From the NCBI GenBank assembly GCA_018666775.1, contig JABIXC010000007.1:96845-160844 (forward strand): DNA of 64,000 bases, in the 5' to 3' direction. Position numbers and translations under genes: made by a program. The notes beneath the pieces were generated by a model that saw only the letters and a list, made by a program, of their open reading frames with translations, ran no database searches and was not told the origin of the DNA. Shown piece after piece: positions 51,306 through 60,713 of this stretch. The stretch is from Rhodospirillales bacterium (lineage in GTDB: Bacteria > Pseudomonadota > Alphaproteobacteria > SMXQ01). Every line of letters begins with the position of its first letter. Position 1 is the first letter of the stretch.

Positions 51306-53222
51306 ATGAGCACAAAAGATAATCCAGTCGAGGAATTCAGACGCGCCACCGCAGCAGCCATGCGTGCGGTTTCCCACAAACGCGAGCTGGAAGTTGAATT
51401 CACCCCGGACCCACCCCGCATCCGGGGTAAAAATGCGCGTCTGCAAACGCCACCCCGTTCTCTGCCCGAGCACGAAGTTTCCAAAGTCCGGGGATATGCC
51501 GACACCATGGCGCTAAAGCTGCGCTTTCATGATGACAAAGTGCATGCGGCCAAAATGCCCCATGGGGAAACCGCCCGGAAAATCTATAACGAGGTGGAAC
51601 AGGCCCGGTTTGAAGCCATCGGTGCCAACCGCATGAAAGGCGTCTCTGACAATCTGGACACGGCCACTGCGGATCGCTGCCGGGCGCTCACCTATGATCG
51701 CGTCAACGAATTCCAGGACATCCCCGTGCCAGAAGTCATTGGCCTGATCGTGCGCGAACAATTAACCGGAAAGCCCGCACCCGACAACATCAAGGAAATT
51801 GTCGATCCCTGGCGCAACTGGGTCAAGGAACGGGCGGGCGAAGATTTCGATAACCTGCGCGAAACCATGGGCGATCAGGAAGAATTCGCGTTGGTGCTCA
51901 ACAAGTTCATCACCGACCTGGCCCTTGGCGATGCCGAAGGCGAAGAAGACATGGAGGGCGAAGCCGCCGGCGAAGGCGAAGACGACGACAGCGAAAACCC
52001 CGAAGCCCAAGGCATGGAAGACGATGCAGACTCCATGGATACCCATGGTGAATCCACGGACGACTCCGAAGACGGCGAGCGCGGCGCATCCGATGAAGCC
52101 ATGGAAGACACTTCCGAAGGCATGGGGGACGGCGAATCCCTGCCCCCAGACGTCCACTGGGCACCCCAGGGGCCATTGTCGAATGAAAAACCCAATTACA
52201 CCGCCCATACCACCGCATTTGACGAAATCATCGACGCCAAGGATTTATGTGACGAGCAAGAACTAACCCGTCTGCGCAACCATCTGGATAATCAGCTTAG
52301 CAATTTGGGCGGCGTCATCAGCCGTCTAGCCAACCGGTTGCAGCGCCGTCTGATGGCAAAACAAGCCCGCAGCTGGGACTTTGATCTTGAAGAAGGCATT
52401 CTCGATCCCGCACGCCTCCACCGTGTGGTGACCAATCCGCTCTATCCTTTGACCTTTAAAATGGAAAAGGAGATGGAGTTCCGCGATACCGTGGTGACCC
52501 TGTTGATTGATAATTCCGGTTCCATGCGGGGACGGCCCATCACCCTTGCCGCCATGAGCGCCGATATCCTGGCCCGCACCCTGGAACGCTGTGGGGTCAA
52601 GGTAGAGATTTTAGGCTTCACCACCCGCGCCTGGAAGGGCGGACAGGCCCGTGAACAGTGGCTGGCTGGTGGAAAGCCCCCCCGGCCCGGTCGGTTGAAC
52701 GATCTGCGCCATATCATCTACAAAGCCGCCGACATGCCGTGGCGACGCACCCGAAAAAACCTTGGCCTGATGCTGCGCGAAGGCTTGCTTAAGGAAAACA
52801 TCGATGGCGAGGCCCTGTTATGGGCCCATAACCGGCTGATCGCCCGCCCGGAACAACGCCGCATCCTGATGGTGATATCAGACGGCGCCCCGGTGGATGA
52901 TTCCACCCTTTCTGTTAATCCAGGAAATTATCTGGAACAACATTTGCGCCAGATCATTGAATGGATTGAGAGCTATTCACCGGTTGAACTGGTTGCAATC
53001 GGCATTGGCCACGACGTAACCCGCTATTACAAACGGGCCGTGACCCTGGTCGATGCAGAACAATTGGGCGGCACGGTCATGGACAAATTAAGCGAACTGT
53101 TCGATGAGGACTACATCCCCGCTGCTGAAAAAGCCCAAAAGACAGCCAAAGGCACGCCCAAGGGCCCTGTAAAAAGCACGGCGAAAAGCACACCAAAACC
53201 GTCTGCTAAAAAGAAAGCCTAA
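51306..53222 (+). CDS. cobT: Cobaltochelatase subunit CobT (vWA domain, acidic low-complexity insert)
   Basis: 638 aa. vWA MIDAS region '[11 protein letters not shown]'. Central D/E-rich tract of about 90 aa. C-terminal Lys-rich tail. Confidence 0.85.
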   Translation: MSTKDNPVEEFRRATAAAMRAVSHKRELEVEFTPDPPRIRGKNARLQTPPRSLPEHEVSKVRGYADTMALKLRFHDDKVHAAKMPHGETARKIYNEVEQARFEAIGANRMKGVSDNLDTATADRCRALTYDRVNEFQDIPVPEVIGLIVREQLTGKPAPDNIKEIVDPWRNWVKERAGEDFDNLRETMGDQEEFALVLNKFITDLALGDAEGEEDMEGEAAGEGEDDDSENPEAQGMEDDADSMDTHGESTDDSEDGERGASDEAMEDTSEGMGDGESLPPDVHWAPQGPLSNEKPNYTAHTTAFDEIIDAKDLCDEQELTRLRNHLDNQLSNLGGVISRLANRLQRRLMAKQARSWDFDLEEGILDPARLHRVVTNPLYPLTFKMEKEMEFRDTVVTLLIDNSGSMRGRPITLAAMSADILARTLERCGVKVEILGFTTRAWKGGQAREQWLAGGKPPRPGRLNDLRHIIYKAADMPWRRTRKNLGLMLREGLLKENIDGEALLWAHNRLIARPEQRRILMVISDGAPVDDSTLSVNPGNYLEQHLRQIIEWIESYSPVELVAIGIGHDVTRYYKRAVTLVDAEQLGGTVMDKLSELFDEDYIPAAEKAQKTAKGTPKGPVKSTAKSTPKPSAKKKA

Positions 53223-53387
53223 AGGGTTTCGCTTTTCCCCTTACTGGCCCCTACTGGCCACATTCTGGACACAATCGTCCCCGAAGCTTGGCCCCTGAAA
53301 ACGGGGTAAATCTTATTTTATAAAATTTGGCGTCTGGGCATCCGCGCGCTCCATTCGCCATATAAAAATGCTTGGAGGCACAAACCC

Positions 53388-54256
53388 ATGACAAAAGACT
53401 TCAAAGAAAAATTTATCGACCTTTACGATGACTATGTTCACAGCGATGAACCGCGCCGGGATTTCCTGAAAAAACTGGTCAAAACCGCTGGCGGTGCTGC
53501 CGCTGCTGCGGCTGTTCTGCCATGGCTGGAAGGCACCGGTGCCGAAGCCGCATGGTTCAGGTCAAAGACAGCCGCTTGGTAACCGGCGTCGAAAAATTCC
53601 CGGGCGCCACCGGGGAAATGACCGCCTATGTGGCACGGCCAAAGGGCGCAAAGGGCAAACTGCCCACCGTTGTTGTGATCCACGAAAATCGGGGGCTCAC
53701 CCCCCATATCCGGGATGTCGCACGGCGCTTTGCTCTTGAAGGATTTCTGGCTGTCGCACCGGACATGATCTCACCAGTGGGCGGCACGCCCAAGGACCGC
53801 GATAAGGCCCGTGACATGCTCTATGACATCAACAAGAACGAAACCATCATGAACCTTGTGGCCACGGCCAAATATGCCGGTGCCCACAAGAACAGCTCTG
53901 GCTCGGTCGGCAGTGTTGGGTATTGCTGGGGTGGTAGCATGTCAAATAATCTGGCCTTTCACCATTTAGGCCTGAAAGCCGCCGTCGCCTATTATGGCCG
54001 CCAGCCCAAAAAGGGCTTCGCTGCGGTCAAGGCTGCCTTTTTGCTCCATTATGCTGAAAATGACCGGGGCGTTAATCGGGGTGCCAAAAAATACGTAAAG
54101 GCATTGAAAGATGCGGGCAAAGACGTCACCGCGCATACCTATGCCGGCACGCGCCATGCCTTCAACAATGATGGCCGGCCCGCGCGCTATAAAAAAGAAG
54201 CCGCAGCCCTTGCCTGGAAACGCACCATTGCGCATTTCAAAAAACACCTGGGCTAA
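53388..54256 (+). pseudogene. Dienelactone hydrolase family protein with Tat signal peptide; reading frame interrupted by a 1-nt indel near 53550-53556
   Basis: Frame A (53388-53582) encodes only a Tat signal, '...EPRRDFLKKLVKTAGGAAAAAAVLPWLEGTGAEAA'. Frame B (from 53522) encodes the mature alpha/beta-hydrolase with nucleophile elbow 'YCWGGS'. The two frames join if one base is added or removed at 'GCCGCATGGTT'. Confidence 0.55.
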
Positions 54257-54280
54257 ACGGCCACCCATGACTTTTCTAAA

Positions 54281-54306
54281 GGGGGCCGGAAGCAATTCTG
54301 GCCCCC
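54281..54306 (+). terminator. Candidate rho-independent terminator after the DLH gene
   Basis: GC stem GGGGGCC...GGCCCCC (7-9 bp) with an 8-12 nt loop, followed by a T-rich stretch 'TATTGCATTCTT'. A strong SD 'AGGGAGG' for the next gene follows. Confidence 0.4.
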
Positions 54307-54348
54307 TATTGCATTCTTCCAGATCGAGACACAAAAAGGGAGGCAACC

Positions 54349-54720
54349 ATGTCCAAACAGAACCCCATAAAATGTTCAGGCATTGACCATGTCGTTCTGT
54401 ACGTACGCGATCCCGTAATCGCCAGAACGTTTTATGTTGATATTCTGGGGATGACCATCAAACGGGAAAGCACGGGGTATATTTTTCTTCACTGCGGCGA
54501 TCAATTGATAGGCCTGTTCGTAGCAGACGAACAAGCCGAAACCGGCCAAGGCCTGGAGATCAGCCATCTGGCGTTCACCGTCATGGACCAAACCCGCGAT
54601 CAGGTGGCAGCGAACCTTGAAACAAACGGGGTCGCCGTGCATGGACGATCTGGTGATCCCGAATGCATCTATTTTAATGACCCCGATGGCCATTGCCTTC
54701 AGATTATGGCCAGAGGGTAA
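54349..54720 (+). CDS. VOC (glyoxalase/bleomycin-resistance/dioxygenase) family protein
   Basis: 123 aa. 'IDHVVLYVRD' beta-alpha-beta-beta-beta module start. Confidence 0.75.
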   Translation: MSKQNPIKCSGIDHVVLYVRDPVIARTFYVDILGMTIKRESTGYIFLHCGDQLIGLFVADEQAETGQGLEISHLAFTVMDQTRDQVAANLETNGVAVHGRSGDPECIYFNDPDGHCLQIMARG

Positions 54721-54788
54721 ACTCTAGGCCCAAAAAATAAAGGGCCCACCGAATGGCAGGCCCAAAACTTCAAAATGGATAAAAGCGT

Positions 54789-55091
54789 TTAGCTTGTCGC
54801 TTCTGCAGCCGCTGCCGTCTTTTTGGCAATCTGGCGCTTGAGCTTTTGAGCTTCTGGTTCAAGCTTTCGCGTTGGCGTCTTCAAGAGATATGCATCCAAC
54901 CCGCCCGCATGTTCAATGGTGCGAATGGCCGAGGTTGAAATCTTGAGATGAATCATCCGGCCCAGCGCGTCACTCTGCAAGGAAGACTGCTGGATATTAG
55001 GTAGAAACCGACGCCGAGATTTATTGTGAGCATGGCTCACATTATTTCCGACCATGACCTTTTTGCCTGTGATTTGGCAGCGACGTGACAT
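54789..55091 (-). CDS. rpmB: 50S ribosomal protein L28
   Basis: '[34 protein letters not shown]' is a canonical L28 N-terminus. Confidence 0.95.
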   Translation of the reverse strand: MSRRCQITGKKVMVGNNVSHAHNKSRRRFLPNIQQSSLQSDALGRMIHLKISTSAIRTIEHAGGLDAYLLKTPTRKLEPEAQKLKRQIAKKTAAAAEATS

Positions 55092-55262
55092 GATGTTTCC
55101 TGTCTCTATCTAATTGAATTTATTGTACAAATTACGAACTTATCATTCCCACCCAGATTGGCACCCAGGCCGATTCGTGCGGGGAACGGGGTATTTACCG
55201 GGTTTCCCCTGCCCCGTCAAGGGATTCAGGGTGCATCGGGCCCCAAAATGGCTGGATTCGTC

Positions 55263-55742
55263 TTAATCTGTCTTCCGGGGTTTCTTTGGCCCATGAAGAT
55301 CCCAGAATTTTTGCATGGAAAGATAGGTGAACGAGCCCGTCCACGCGATCATCGTCAAGCCCACCAAGGCCTCTACCCCGGTCAACAGCCTGAAGGCCCC
55401 CGTTGGATAAAGGTCGCCGAGCCCCAGAGATGTATAGCTCACGGTCGAAAAATAAATGAATTCAGGAAATCCGCCCGTCGCCTGGCCAATGAGCCCGCCA
55501 ATGGCAAGATGCTGTGCGCTCAGCCAATAGGCGATGCCAAAAATCCAGATTTCTATCGTATGGGCAAAGAACGCTGCAGCCATGATAAACAGAATGCGGT
55601 TGCGTGGGCGAATGGTGAGCGATGGTAACATTTTCGATGCCAAACGCAGAACCTCATAATGGACCAACACACACAGGGTCACCAAAACCACGGCAAGCAC
55701 CATAGAGATCAACATGGAATTCATATCTGCAGGTATGGCCAT
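55263..55742 (-). CDS. Two-TM ion-channel-like protein (Ion_trans_2 family, non-canonical filter 'TVSYTSLGLGD')
   Basis: 159 aa. M1 helix, pore helix, a selectivity-filter-like segment, and M2. 38-nt gap after the upstream coiled-coil gene. Confidence 0.6.
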   Translation of the reverse strand: MAIPADMNSMLISMVLAVVLVTLCVLVHYEVLRLASKMLPSLTIRPRNRILFIMAAAFFAHTIEIWIFGIAYWLSAQHLAIGGLIGQATGGFPEFIYFSTVSYTSLGLGDLYPTGAFRLLTGVEALVGLTMIAWTGSFTYLSMQKFWDLHGPKKPRKTD

Positions 55743-55779
55743 GGGTAGTGCTCCTCAAACGCTCTGATATCGGGTCTGG

Positions 55780-58224
55780 TCAATCCATCCGGCCAACAGC
55801 GCGCGACAACAAGACATAGACCTTGCCAACATCAGACGTAACAAAAGCCGAGCTTAAAATGCTGCCCGGATCAGATTCTCCGGCCTGTGAAAGAAGATGT
55901 TCAAACCGCTCCAGATATTTTTCCACATGCTTTCGAAAATCAGGATCACTGTTAAACAGGCCCCGAATTTTTTCCTGAACCTTTCGGGTCTCTCTTCCCG
56001 AAAAAATGGCGCGTAAAAAGACGCCCTTATCGCCACGGGAAAACTGGTTCCACAGTTTTTCCGCAAGCGGTTTATCAATAATTTTCACCATGTCGATGCC
56101 AAGTGAATTCAGATCATCCATGACGGTTCTAGACGCCCGCAGAAAATCGTCACGCCCCGCTTCAAAGGTGTTCATACGAACCTTTTTTGCTTCTTCCGAT
56201 GCACGTTCTGATGCCTGTATCAGGTCGTGGGTCTGATTAACAAAAACATCCACAACTTTTTGTCCCTGAACGGCGACGGCACTGATGGCATCGGAAAAAC
56301 TCTGGGACTGTTCATCGAACATATCCTTCATTTTTTCGACATAGGCTGCTGATTCCTTTGAGGACAGCTCTATTTCATGAGACCGCTGGCGGTACAGAGC
56401 CCCAACCCCGTGAATTTTCTCGGCCGCTTTGTCAGATGCGCCCCCAAGCGCTTCGTTCTGACCTTCAAACGCGGCCCGAATGGACTCGATCATGCCAACC
56501 GCTGAGTTTGTCGCCTCGGTAAGCAATCGTGATTCCCGGGAAAGGGAATCGCCGGCGCGCTGCATCCTGACCTCTGTTTCCTGAACGATATTTTCCATAT
56601 CGGTGCCTTCACGGCGAAAGGATTCTGCGATGTTTCCAGCCTGTTCCGACGCTGTCGTGGCGGCCTCTGTCAGCACGGCAACTTCGCGGTTAACCGCATC
56701 AACGATTGCACTCGTGCGCGAAGACAGCTCATCGCTAATGGCATCCAATCCTTGCTGCTGTGCCACCATGGTTTCCCGGATTTCTTCAGCCCGTTCATCT
56801 GCGGCATTTGATGAAGACAGCAATTGTTTTGCCTGAACCTCGAATGCATCACCAATCTGGCTGGCCCGCTGCGATGCCTGTTCTGCGGCCTCTGTTAAAT
56901 GCCGGGTTTCATCTTGCAACAAGACCTTGGTTTCCTCTGCACGTTTGGCCGCAGCACTGGAAACCCGGTCAAGCACTTGCCCCTGGCTTTCCAGAGCGTC
57001 GCCTGCCTTCTGGATCAGCCCAATATGGCGGGTACCTGTGTCTTCAAGCTCTCGGGCCCGGGCCATGAACACGGCGCCAACCTGTTCGACCTGGCCTTGC
57101 ACCGCATTGCCTGCTTTTTCCAACTGTACACTGCGTTCAAACAGCGCATCCCCGGCCGTGTCCAGATTGTCGAGTGCTGTGGCTGATAAATTCGCAACCT
57201 TTTCAGACTGTGTGCCGAAGGTTGTAGCGGCATCAGAGATTTGATCCGAGGCATAGTCTGATGCTTCGGCCATTGCCCGTGCCTGCACCCTGAAAGTCTT
57301 GACAATTTCATCCAGCTGGGCGGCCATGTGTTCGCCTTCTTTCACCAGATCCCGGGCTTTGTCTTCAACGGTTTTTCCCGTTTGTTCGGCCTCATTGGTC
57401 AAGGCCACATATTCGGCCCGCATGGTCGATGCCCGTTTCCGGCAACTTTCCGCAAGCGCCTCGACCTCAGAAGCCGTATCTGCCGTTTCTCTTGAAATTC
57501 GATTGATCTGTTCCGAAAGCAATTCTCCAACGGCTGCCGTCCGGGTTTCAAGATGATCTGCCGCACCATCCAGACTGGCACGCTGAGCAGCCATTAATTG
57601 CTCAACGCTTTCTGCTTTTTCAGAAAGGGTATTGGCTGCATTCACCAACCCTTCAGTCTGTTCAGCCAACGCCCGACCCAGATTATCGCCTTCATAGGTC
57701 ACGCGGTTGGCGATGGCCGCCAGTTCTTCACGCTTCCCATCAAGACGCACCGTTGCATCCCCAATACGATCAACGGTCTCATTGGCGGCCGCATCAAAGC
57801 TTAGGCCAGCGCCCTCCAGAAGACTCTCCATATCGGCCACAGCCTTGCGCATACGTGCTTCTACCGTTTCAGCCATCAATGCACCGGAAGCCGCCAGGTC
57901 TGTGCCATGACGTTCCAGGGTATCGACCACCTCTTTAATGCGCTGATCGGCCTCATCGGCCGGATAAATCAACTGATCAAGTCGCTTTTCCAGTGCCACG
58001 GCAACGTCCGTTACCCGTGCCCTTCCTGCCAGATACACAAGCATAAGCCAGAGAAATGCCAACGGCGCAAAGACGCCGGCGCTGAATGCCCCCAATTCAT
58101 GGGGCAGGAGAAACGCCAGCGCGTCCCATCCAATTTGGGTGGTAATGTAAAATCCTACGGTCCCACACCACGCAATCGTCACCACGATGCCTGTTATGAG
58201 AATGATCTTGATTTTACGCATCAC
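55780..58224 (-). CDS. Membrane-anchored repetitive alpha-helical/coiled-coil protein (2 N-terminal TM helices, about 600-aa repeat region, about 150-aa C-terminal globular domain)
   Basis: 814 aa. N-terminal hydrophobic segments 'IILITGIVVTIAWCGTVGFYI' and 'FSAGVFAPLAFLWLMLVYL'. Long Ala/Glu/Gln-rich segments with recurring 'AGDAL/IGDAF/AGNIA/AGDSL' sub-repeats. No enzymatic motif. Confidence 0.5.
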   Translation of the reverse strand: MMRKIKIILITGIVVTIAWCGTVGFYITTQIGWDALAFLLPHELGAFSAGVFAPLAFLWLMLVYLAGRARVTDVAVALEKRLDQLIYPADEADQRIKEVVDTLERHGTDLAASGALMAETVEARMRKAVADMESLLEGAGLSFDAAANETVDRIGDATVRLDGKREELAAIANRVTYEGDNLGRALAEQTEGLVNAANTLSEKAESVEQLMAAQRASLDGAADHLETRTAAVGELLSEQINRISRETADTASEVEALAESCRKRASTMRAEYVALTNEAEQTGKTVEDKARDLVKEGEHMAAQLDEIVKTFRVQARAMAEASDYASDQISDAATTFGTQSEKVANLSATALDNLDTAGDALFERSVQLEKAGNAVQGQVEQVGAVFMARARELEDTGTRHIGLIQKAGDALESQGQVLDRVSSAAAKRAEETKVLLQDETRHLTEAAEQASQRASQIGDAFEVQAKQLLSSSNAADERAEEIRETMVAQQQGLDAISDELSSRTSAIVDAVNREVAVLTEAATTASEQAGNIAESFRREGTDMENIVQETEVRMQRAGDSLSRESRLLTEATNSAVGMIESIRAAFEGQNEALGGASDKAAEKIHGVGALYRQRSHEIELSSKESAAYVEKMKDMFDEQSQSFSDAISAVAVQGQKVVDVFVNQTHDLIQASERASEEAKKVRMNTFEAGRDDFLRASRTVMDDLNSLGIDMVKIIDKPLAEKLWNQFSRGDKGVFLRAIFSGRETRKVQEKIRGLFNSDPDFRKHVEKYLERFEHLLSQAGESDPGSILSSAFVTSDVGKVYVLLSRAVGRMD

Positions 58225-58338
58225 CCCCCCTTTTTTCTGATTTGCGTACCCTTTGCAGGAAGCCTATCGAACCAAGACCAGCGCGTCCACCACCCTTAGG
58301 GGCAGAGGGATATCAGGGACAACTTTGGGAAAGCGATA

Positions 58339-59223
58339 TTACCAAAGAAATGCGGGAATGGCGGCAATCGGAACCGCGCCTTGGCGCGCGCACAGGGTTT
58401 CAAGCACAGCCCCATCGACGGTTTCACCATAGCCAACACCCAGTTCTTCACCATGAATGCCTGATGTCACCAGAACCGAATCAACCCCAGCATTACAAGC
58501 CCCCAGAATATCCGTTTTCAACGAATCGCCCACCGCCAGAATGCGCGATTTATCCGACATATCCATAAGCGCAAGACAGGCTTCATAGGCCAAAGCATAG
58601 GGCTTTCCAAAATAATGAACGGTGCCCTTCAATGCCGCATATCGATGCGCCAATGATCCAGCACAGATAATGCGGTTGCCCGCCCGGATGACTTCTATAT
58701 CAGGATTGGCACACACCATGGGCAGCCCCAAAGATGCGGCCTTTGACAAAAGCGGTTCATAATCAGAAACCTGTTCATCATCTTGCCATGGCCCGGTATT
58801 CAGGATGAAGGCTCCCGCAACCGGTTCTTTGATAATTTCAAGACCAAGCCCATCCATAAGCCCAAGATCCCTGTCTGGGCCGACATGCAGGCAAACATCG
58901 CCGAGTTCCCCCAACGCGCCCTCAGAGCGGTTTTTAAGGGCATGCCAAGAAAGCTCCCCCGATGACAGAACATCTGTGTAGAGCCCCCGGTCAATGCCCA
59001 TCTCTGTCATGGCATCAATCACTGCGGCTGCGCGACGCGGGGCATTGGAAAGCATGACCACCTTTTTGCCCGCATCTTTCAATCGGCCAAGGGTGTCACT
59101 GACCCCCGGATAAGGAGTGCGTCCATCGTGGATCACCCCCCAAAGATCAAGGATCAATCCGTCATAGCCTTCAACCAGTGGCCCAAGGCGTGGCAGTATT
59201 TTTATTGTGGAATTGGCAGTCAT
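58339..59223 (-). CDS. HAD-superfamily class IIA hydrolase (TIGR01459-like)
   Basis: 'GLILDLWGVIHDG' motif I (DxD variant) and 'LSNAPRR'. 294 aa. Confidence 0.75.
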   Translation of the reverse strand: MTANSTIKILPRLGPLVEGYDGLILDLWGVIHDGRTPYPGVSDTLGRLKDAGKKVVMLSNAPRRAAAVIDAMTEMGIDRGLYTDVLSSGELSWHALKNRSEGALGELGDVCLHVGPDRDLGLMDGLGLEIIKEPVAGAFILNTGPWQDDEQVSDYEPLLSKAASLGLPMVCANPDIEVIRAGNRIICAGSLAHRYAALKGTVHYFGKPYALAYEACLALMDMSDKSRILAVGDSLKTDILGACNAGVDSVLVTSGIHGEELGVGYGETVDGAVLETLCARQGAVPIAAIPAFLW

Positions 59224-59313
59224 AATCGAAATCTAACCAGCAGTGGAAAACAGGAACTTAACGTCCCAAGACACTGCTTTGTGCCATGAATGGCTGGACT
59301 TGAAAAGCGCGGG

Positions 59314-60579
59314 TTAGCTTTGGCGGGAAATTCTGGGTTCGCCGAACAAATATCCCTGTCCCAGTTCGATCTGATGATCAAGCAGTTCCAAAAGGTCTTG
59401 TTCGCTTTCCAGTTTTTCAACAATCAATTCGATGTTGTTGACATCCATGGCGCGTTTGAGAATGGGAACATTGATCCCAACCACGGTTTCAGTGCCGGCC
59501 CCGCCCTGAGCACCCGCTTTTGCGATTGCCGAAGAAGATGCCAACAGATTGGCCGCATTAATTTTCACAAACTTGAACCGCCGCCGCCGGAGGTTTCTGA
59601 AATCAAGTTTGCTGAGATCACTGATCTGATCGAGAGAGAAGCGGAATCCGAATTGGCCAAGACGGCTAATATATTCTTCGATTTCCTTGCCATGGGTATC
59701 AACATCGGCCTGAGAAAATTCAAAATAGAGGTTTTCGGCCAGCTCCCGGTTCATGCCCATGAATTCAACAAAATCGGAAAAGAACGATTTGTCTTCCAGC
59801 GTATTCGCCGAAATATTGCAGAAAAACCCAACATCGTGACTTTCACTCTGGGCGCGGCGCACCAATTGCACACAGCGGAACAAAAGCATGTTGTCGATGG
59901 CACCAATCAGCCCGTCTTCCTTGGCAACGTTGATATACTGATCTGGCATGATCAGGGCACCACTTTCATCCCGAATACGCGAAAAACATTCATAATACCG
60001 TGGTTTGCGCTGCGGCAGGCTGACGACGGGCTGGAGATAAAGGTCAACCCGGTCTTGGCGCAAGCCTTCCCGAACGATATCAAGAATTTCGGTATCTTCG
60101 AGGCTGCTACGAACCGATGGCGCATCTTTGGATGGCGCTGTTTTGGTATTTGAATTTGCATTTGCATTTGAATTTGCTGCTGGTCTTGGGGCCGTCGCAG
60201 ACGAAAGCTTTTCGATCAGGTTTTGCAAAACCCGGACTTCTCCGACCACACGATCAATGGCTTCCTGGGATTTATCTTCACGGCCATCAACCAGAATTTT
60301 TACATCATCCATGATGCCCGCCATTTGGTTGTGCAAACCATCCGATTCACCGCGCATCGCACTGATTTCAGCGCGCTGCGCCCGGATGGTTGCTTCAAGG
60401 GAAAGCATCTGATCAGCCCGAACATAGGTTTCATGGCCAAGGGCACCCCCAATGGCAACCACGGAGCCTGCAATCCAACCCGCCCAGGGGGCGGCACCCG
60501 GAACGACGCCGGGGAAAATCAAAACCACGGCGGCGGCCAACATCAGATAGGTCGCTGCGATAAATAAATGTTTCAACAC
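59314..60579 (-). CDS. Membrane-anchored EAL-domain protein, apparently degenerate (non-catalytic) EAL
   Basis: N-terminal 2 TM helices, then a coiled coil, then an Asn/Ala-rich linker, then an EAL domain. Substitutions: 'ECF' instead of EAL, 'KIN' instead of KID, and 'SLDQISD' instead of DDFGTG. Confidence 0.7.
   Translation of the reverse strand: MLKHLFIAATYLMLAAAVVLIFPGVVPGAAPWAGWIAGSVVAIGGALGHETYVRADQMLSLEATIRAQRAEISAMRGESDGLHNQMAGIMDDVKILVDGREDKSQEAIDRVVGEVRVLQNLIEKLSSATAPRPAANSNANANSNTKTAPSKDAPSVRSSLEDTEILDIVREGLRQDRVDLYLQPVVSLPQRKPRYYECFSRIRDESGALIMPDQYINVAKEDGLIGAIDNMLLFRCVQLVRRAQSESHDVGFFCNISANTLEDKSFFSDFVEFMGMNRELAENLYFEFSQADVDTHGKEIEEYISRLGQFGFRFSLDQISDLSKLDFRNLRRRRFKFVKINAANLLASSSAIAKAGAQGGAGTETVVGINVPILKRAMDVNNIELIVEKLESEQDLLELLDHQIELGQGYLFGEPRISRQS
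60147..60176. repeat. Hexanucleotide microsatellite (ATTTGA/ATTTGC)x5 encoding (NA/NS)n in the EAL-protein linker
   Basis: Five consecutive hexamers, seen directly. Translates on the minus strand to 'ANSNANANSN'. Confidence 0.85.
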
Positions 60580-60713
60580 GCCAATATTCTCCTGCCTTCA
60601 GGATGGAGGTATAAATTCTGCAATTTGATAGAGAAACCCTGCCTTTAAGGTCTTGAGATATGGTTAACAATTCCTAACCATACAGATCAAAACAGATCAA
60701 AATCAACACAGAA

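Noticed and set aside
50243-53222. CobS/CobT as a novel MoxR-vWA defence-type module
   Set aside because: The sequences match canonical aerobic cobaltochelatase CobS/CobT (Walker motifs, MIDAS, acidic insert, Rhizobiales synteny with the J-domain gene). There is no evidence for a different role.
53388-53582. Stand-alone 64-aa small protein gene
   Set aside because: It encodes only a Tat signal peptide with a cleavage site and nothing else. It is best explained as the frameshifted N-terminus of the downstream dienelactone hydrolase.
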